A stretch of 64,000 nt of DNA from the human T2T-CHM13v2.0 reference genome, Homo sapiens: NCBI RefSeq assembly GCF_009914755.1, contig NC_060930.1; one strand, given 5' to 3'. Position 1 is the first letter of the stretch, and every line of letters begins with the position of its first letter. Under the pieces are notes generated by a model. It saw only the letters and a program-made list of their open reading frames with translations. It did no database searches and had not been told where the DNA came from. This document shows, one piece after another, positions 56,306 to 64,000 of the stretch. The position numbers were made by a program, and so were the translations under genes.

Positions 56306-56699
56306 ATGTGCCATATATACACTACTGAATAGCCATAAAAAGGAATGAGATTGTATCCTTTGCAAGGACACAGATGAAGCTGGAAGCCATCATCCTCAGC
56401 AAACCAACACAGACACGGAAAACCAAACACTGCATGTTCTCACTCATAAGTGGGAGTTGAACAATGAGAACACGTGGACACAGGGAGGGGAACAACACAC
56501 ACAGGGGCCTTTCGGGGGATGTGGGGTGAGGGGAGGGAGAGCATCAGGACAAATAGCTAATGCATACGGGGCTTAAAATCTAGATTTTGATTGATAGGTG
56601 CAGCAAATCACCATGACACACATATACCTATATAACAAACCTGCTTGTTCTGCACATGTATCCTGGAACTTTAAAATAAAAATAAAAATAAAATAAAAA
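56306..56699 (+). mobile_element. L1PA (older primate, about PA8-13) 3' end
   Basis: gttctcactcataagtgggag...aacaaacctgc...cacatgtatcctggaactt plus an (aaaat)n tail. Confidence 0.85.
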
Positions 56700-58146
56700 T
56701 CTGTATGCGACATTGAGGGAGTTGTGAGGACACATACTTGACCAGACAGTGGTCTTATATTGGTGAAAAGCACATCAAGGTTTAATAACTAGGATGACTG
56801 CTGATTTTGTAGTACCTAGAAAATAAGACAAGAGACATTGAGATTTAATACTTGAGGTCCAACAACTGAAACTTTCAAGCCTGTGTGAGGTAATTAGTTA
56901 GTCTGTGGTAGTGAAGAAGTGTTCTGCTTAGGGAGAGATTTATTTTTAAGTTTTTTGTGTATATGGAAGAATCATAGCCTAAACACAAATTTAAGATATT
57001 ATTATTCATGAATTTGCTTCTTTTTCAAAGTTACTGTCATTTTGGGAAAAAAGTGTAAACTGATAATATCATACATAATAATTATGTTGTATAAATAATA
57101 ATTTATATTTTAGAATTATCTTCCTAAACCAGTTCAAGTTAGCCATTGATGTGACATAGATTAGAGAAAGTAATACTATAAAAAAATTATGTAATAAATG
57201 CCAAATAAAATAATAAATACAAGATAGATCATGGCTAACTACCTTACTTTTGTGGTTTTTGCTTAGAAGAAAATCTACAGAGAAATATATTTCACAGGTT
57301 GTCTATTCTAAATTAAAGTAGCTATGAATAAATAGTCCCAGAGATAAGCAGTAAATCCTTTACCAAATTTTCTGTGTCCTGCAATTTATATTTTAAGGTT
57401 ATTTTGCATGATAAAACTGTAACATTGTTTTAAAATTGAGTAAAATGACACAGTGTTAAATATTTTCACTTGAGCACAAAAATTTTTTGAATATAACACG
57501 GTATTTAAATATAGTTTAGAATTTTATATGATGTAGTGATTATAGACAGAACAGTAACAGTTGTATAAGGTAAATACTAGTAACTTTAAACGGTAATGAT
57601 GGATGCCTCTGTTTATGGTTTATTTCCCATTGAAATTTCTTAAGGAAATGTTATATTTGCTGATGATTTCACTAGATGGTACACACATTCACACAAAATT
57701 ATCTTCTGTCATTATTAGGAGTAAATATGAAGACGTTTTAGGCAGTCATCAAATATAACTTTTACATACAAAGAATGAAGCATAAATAGCCAGTGTCTTG
57801 GTCTCCCCTCCCCTCGGTGCTTTGCACAGTGTCATAGACATAGGAGATGCTCAGTAAGAAGTGTTCTGGATTTTTTAATTCTAGCTTAGTGTGTGAAAGT
57901 GATTCCGCTCAGAATGTCCATCCCCTGTTTTACATTTCTTTCATATTCATAACTTACAGGAAAAAAGAGGTAATTAATTGACTAGGATCTTGCAGATATA
58001 TAAAAGGACCCTTCTCTGTATCACACTTGGCCTTCTTATTTATGTGCAGAATTTGATTGATTTGAAACTTATCAACACTTGATACTGCAACAAATTGACA
58101 AGAATGATGTTTTAGTAAAACCAAAGAAACCAGAAATGTTGGGAGG

Positions 58147-58453
58147 TGTGATGTTTAATACTGAGTGCTAATTGGATTGAAGGATGTAAAGTATTGATCC
58201 TGGGTGTGTCTGTTGCTAAAGGAGATTAACATTTGAATCAGTGGGCTGGGAGAGGCAGACCCATCCTTAACCTGAGTGGCACGGGTTAATCAGCTGCCAG
58301 CACGGCTAGAATATAAGCAGGCAGAAAAATGTGAACAGAGAGACTGGCCTAGCCTCCCAGCCTACGTCTTTCTCCCATGCTGGATGCTTCTTGCTCTAGA
58401 ACAACATCGGACTCTAAGTTCTTCAGTTTTGGAACTCAGACTGGCTCTCCTTG

Positions 58454-58501
<48 letters not shown>

Positions 58502-58584
58502 TATATATGTATATATATGTATATATATATAACTATAAATATATATGTAAAACTATATATATATAACTATAAATATATATGTAA

Positions 58585-58634
<50 letters not shown>

Positions 58635-58672
58635 CATTAGTTCTGTCCCTCCAGAGACCCCTGACTAATACA
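58147..58672 (+). mobile_element. MLT2A (HERV-L) solo LTR containing an expanded TA-rich tract
   Basis: tgtgatg.ttaatactgagtg...gaccc.tgactaataca; perfect 5-bp TSD GGAGG. Confidence 0.9.
58457..58632. repeat. Compound (AT)18...(TA)22 microsatellite
   Basis: Read directly; includes an internal duplicated aactataaatatatatgtaaaact unit. Confidence 0.95.
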
Positions 58673-59334
58673 GGAGGTTATCAAAAGCATGTATCAGCAC
58701 CAGTACACTGGGTATATTAGACAAAATTGAAATGCTTCTAGTGACCTACGTAGTACAAACACCAAGTTTACCCAGAGCTAATGCAGGGAAAGCCAGAATC
58801 AACCAATCAACCAGATTGAGCGAGCCAGGATAGGACTTAAGCTGACCAAGACAGAGGAGACAGTTTAAGGTGATTTCACATAGACAATAATTTTACTCAG
58901 AATCCAGACCTAGATCCCAAGGTAAACTAAGATCCAGCCAAGAGTATTAGTAATGGGAGACGGGGCTCAGGAAATGTAGAGATTCATCTTAATCCACAAA
59001 TATCCTTAAAATTCTTAGTCTCCCATTAGGAGACACCTGGGCTAACATCATATTTTCTGGAAAGAAGGGAGAACATTCTGGAGTGCAGATGATAAGTGGG
59101 CTAAAAAATGATTTCAGACTGCTGTGCTGATGTTAGCACTTTTCATAACAATTTAAGTTTTACTATTCTAAAATAATTAATTCAACCTATTAATTTTACT
59201 CTATGGTTTTTTAACCATAGATCTCACCTCTCTAACTCTAGTCAATCACTCAGTGATAAGTGGCATTTGTCATTAAAGAAAGTGGGTTGGAGTGAATCTG
59301 CTGAAACGTATTAAAATATTGGAAAACCAAGTCA

Positions 59335-59733
<399 letters not shown>

Positions 59734-59964
59734 TCAAATCAATAATTATTTTCTAAAGTATCAATGAGATTCACGCACACAGTTAACAGGTAAAGTATAG
59801 AAAATGGCTTTTCTGAACCTATCAATCCCTGACCGCAGCCTACTCCCCTCCCCCAGGTTCACATCCCTTCACCTCTACCACATTTAACCCTTTTTTATTT
59901 CAAATATTAAAATAAAACCATTTCAAATCTCTACGTAATATGCTTATACTACTACTTTTTTCAA

Positions 59965-60435
59965 AAGCTTAATTGAGGTATCAACAATAAACCATATATA
60001 TTATAGAATGTGATAAGCCTTGACAGCAATCAAGATAATGAATATATTCATCCCCTCTTTTTAATCCCTCACACTCACTCCTTCCCCCCTTCTCCAGTTA
60101 GCCAATGATCTGCTTTCTTTTACTATCAATGAGTTTGCATTTTGTAGAGTTTACATAAATCAAATTATACAGGATGTATTTTCTATGGATCTTTTTAGTC
60201 ATCAGAATTATTTTGAGATGCATTCATTTGTATGTAATATTTTATTCCTTTTTATTGCTGGAAAGGATTCCATTTATATGGATATAGCATACTTTGTTTA
60301 ACCACCTGCTGTTGACTTGGGTGGTGTCCAGTGCATGATTGTTAAAAACAAGTACATACTCTGAACATTGTTGTACAAGTATTTGCATGGATGTATGTTT
60401 ATCTCATTTGGCTAAATATCTGAAAGTGGACTAGC
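59965..60435 (-). mobile_element. Old L1M (MB/MC-like) 3' fragment
   Basis: agcttaattgaggta, tgatctgctttc, attttgagatgcattcat antisense L1 motifs. Confidence 0.6.
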
Positions 60436-60603
60436 TGCACCGACTGTCAAGAAGGTGAGAGGATCAAAACTCCACCATGTCAGCTTTTCCTCGGCTGGCA
60501 CATGAAGTTATTAATGGCAATAACAAGAATATCCTTGCCATCCCTGAGACATACGAAAGATCTTACAGGGATATAGTTTATACTTATTACAGAGTATGTA
60601 TAA

Positions 60604-61001
<398 letters not shown>

Positions 61002-64000
61002 TGAATATAGTAATACTTTCATATTATGGGAACATTCACCATTGATTTATATATGCTATTAAATACATAGTTTCTATAGAAGCTTTATTGAAATGTCATC
61101 AGATTATGAAAACCAAATCCCCATAATTTTTCCACTCATGTATATTTACATTTGCATTCACTGTCTCCATTGTTGATTACCCAATGTGTACTGATGTTTC
61201 TCCTTACAAACTATGATAGTACTTAACATTTTGCTTCATTTGTTGATACTGATTTGTTCCGTGTACATAAAACTTAAATTTATGTCTGCCTTCACTTATT
61301 TTCTTTCAAAGATACCTTAGGAGTCTTTCACATTTTATAAGAAACCATAAATTTTATTTCAGCCTTAGGCCAACCGCTGGCTTTCTTGCCAACCTAGATG
61401 CATATATGCAATTTAGTCTGTGAGTTTTGAAAATTTGAATGATAGCACATTAAACTGGAATAATGAACCAATAAAAGTTTTTATGGCATTTGGAAAAATT
61501 ACTTCTCAAACATTCACACTGTCATTTTACTCATTAAAATTATTCTAGGATCATAAGTTAGACCATGTATTCCTAAGGCTTGAAAAATCAACAGATTATT
61601 TCTAATGATCATTGATTTGACCTGACTGCAGGATGATAAAATCTTATTTTGGAAAGCTAGACTAGGCATTTGTAATTATATTTTCCATCTTCAACTAATA
61701 GAGTAAAATTATTGGAAACTCTTTAAGATAGTGTCCACAATGCTGTTTACAGTTTAAGTGCTATGATTTGCCACAGTTATTATCTTCATATAGTCACTGC
61801 CAGTGTGTGACATTGGGTTTCATCAGTAAATAAGACTACTGCCACAACTTCAGAGGGTTTTCAGAGAGATTAAATTAAATGTTATTGTGAAGTACAAGGT
61901 ACGTGCTCAGCAATATGGAAGTCACAGGTATTATGTGCTCAGATGGTAGGTAGTTTTGTATTTTTCACAAATCTATTAACATATAATTGTCCTGTCCTAT
62001 AAACCAGACCTTTAGGGATTTTATAGGATTCTAATCTTTTTCTTGATGCTTTAGCCACTAGTGGTCGTGAGTTACGCGCTCAGGAAGGCATGTGAATGCT
62101 TATGAGTGAGTAAGGTACTATTCATGTTTGTCTAATGACTTCATTGGCCTTTACCTTCGTTTACAAATGCACTTAATTCAATAAGGAAGAGTCCTTCTCC
62201 TGAAGGTTTTACACTAGTCAAAGATGTTTCCAAGCCATATACATTATTTTTATTTGTGTTTATGCATATGATACAAGCCATTTTAGAAATGATTTTTTTT
62301 TTTACTCTTTAGAAAGCACTTCAGAGTTAGCATAACATCTAACCATATTGGTATTTCTGTTTTCTGTTATAATGAGTGAGGATGATCCTTATTTTTAAAA
62401 GAAGTAATAAAAAATCAAAGAAGAAAAAATTTCATATCTAAGCATTTTAGATTATAATTTGGCAACTGTGCATTAATCCAAACAAATAGAGCCTACTGAG
62501 ATTATTCATGTTCCCATTAGTCACTCACATATTGGTGTCTAATTGTCATTTGTTTCTGCTGTAATTCAGTTCAACTGATGTAATTAAATACCATTCATCT
62601 AGCAGCAGTTCTGAAATCTTTTTTTTTTGTAAGACATGATAAAAAGTATGAGTTTTCTATAAAATCAAGTTTACATTCAGTTGGAAATTTTCCTTTTAAG
62701 TTCTTATTCTCAATCTTAATTGTCAATATCAAATAGAGCTTCTCAGATGAGGGATATAGGCTAATTTCAAATTTTCTCTGAACTACAAATATGCTCTTCA
62801 TTTTCTCTAGTCTAGGCCTAAATTGCTGTGCTTGCATTTGTAATCAGAAATTGATTGTGTTACTGTGGAAACTGGAAGAGTGTATTGCTGGTTAAAGAAA
62901 AATGTGGTAGAAGAAGTGCTGTTATTATAATTGTCTGCCATCTTAAATGCCTATCATTTTGAACAATACATTGATAACATTTTCACACTCCAACCCCAAA
63001 ATGCTTCTCTCCAGAACACTGCTTTGTGGTCAGTATTAGTCTTCTGTATCGATCTGACATAAAATGCCTTGGTCACATTTCTAATTTGTTTCTATGTTGA
63101 ACTATAATTTTTACATGGAATGAAATTAGTTTCCATTTTATTCATACTTACATGGCACATCTTAGGGAAAAAACATGAAGTATGGTAAAATATCAGTTAT
63201 TTAGAAGCCAGTCATCTGAAACATTTCAACTTCTGACCAAGAAGACACGAAACAAGTTCCAAAAATTCAGATGAAGAATTTTTAACATCTGATGCTAAAG
63301 ACAGCCTCGAAGAAGCAAAGCTCTATTTTACACACATACACACACATGCACACACACGCAAAGCAATATTATGCATTTTACTGTGTGAAAGCAAAGATGA
63401 ACTCTGTTTTTAAAAAGTTTGCCTTTTGTATATGAGAGGCAAGTATGTGAAGACTGACCAAAAGAATGAAGAGGAAATCAAAACCAGGAAGAGGAAAATG
63501 ACCCTCAGTAGAGGCAAGAGTTGGGGGAGTTAGGATTGGAGATTTCCAGCACATATTCTGTTGGACCAGTATCCAGTAACATCAAGTTCCTCGAATTTTC
63601 TGGAGGTTTCCATTGCTTTCCTGATTGTGACAAGGACAAATGCAGAAAATTATCTGTGACTTTATAGTTTAATTAAAATATTCCCAAAGCCCCACAAGTC
63701 TTGTCTTAGGAAACCAATGTTTCCCAAAAGGCATCAACCTGCTGAAAAAGGTTAACAGAACATAGCATCTATGTACTTTAAACCTTGGCTGAAAAGAGAC
63801 TGAATGTGGTGGCACACTTTAGCTCTAGAGTGTTGAGGACGAGAATAATGTTGTAGTTACTTTAGTTTGATTTTCGTATGTAGTACCAGACACTAAACAA
63901 ATCTGCTTTAGCAGAAAAATATTAAAATACATAATAATATGTGTGACATAGTCTAAATAATGCATTGCCTGTTTAATGTATTGTTGAGATTTGTATGCTA

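Noticed and set aside
56674-56699. Clustered AATAAA in the PACRG sense orientation as an intronic terminator
   Set aside because: An ordinary L1 tail; there is no upstream terminal-exon evidence in the sequence

Overview
Human genomic DNA (AT-rich, Alu/L1/LTR-rich, with a human-specific AluYb8) centred on the head-to-head PRKN (parkin, PARK2) / PACRG bidirectional CpG-island promoter at about 38.3-39.3 kb (6q26, FRA6E region). PRKN exon 1 is on the minus strand: its coding part is ATG ATA G at 38797-38791, followed by a GT donor, so 1-38790 is PRKN intron 1. The first coding exon of PACRG is on the plus strand (39365-39520, [12 protein letters not shown]...KNSV), so 39521-64000 is PACRG intron. 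No other coding exon, RNA gene or CRISPR array is supported; the other track ORFs derive from repeats or chance. I found no wholly new biological system. The best leads are: (i) a solo LTR whose 3' junction creates a consensus splice donor 3 kb upstream of a PACRG acceptor; (ii) a 24-bp G-rich VNTR made of splice donors; (iii) a ~100-bp LTR fragment captured between 27-bp direct repeats; (iv) a two-LTR ERV-L (LTR40-type) provirus with env-like remnants; (v) overlapping uORFs on both genes; (vi) the PRKN -258G promoter allele; (vii) fold-back hairpin scars. Repeat subfamily names and literature links are from memory and need RepeatMasker/Dfam/dbSNP confirmation.
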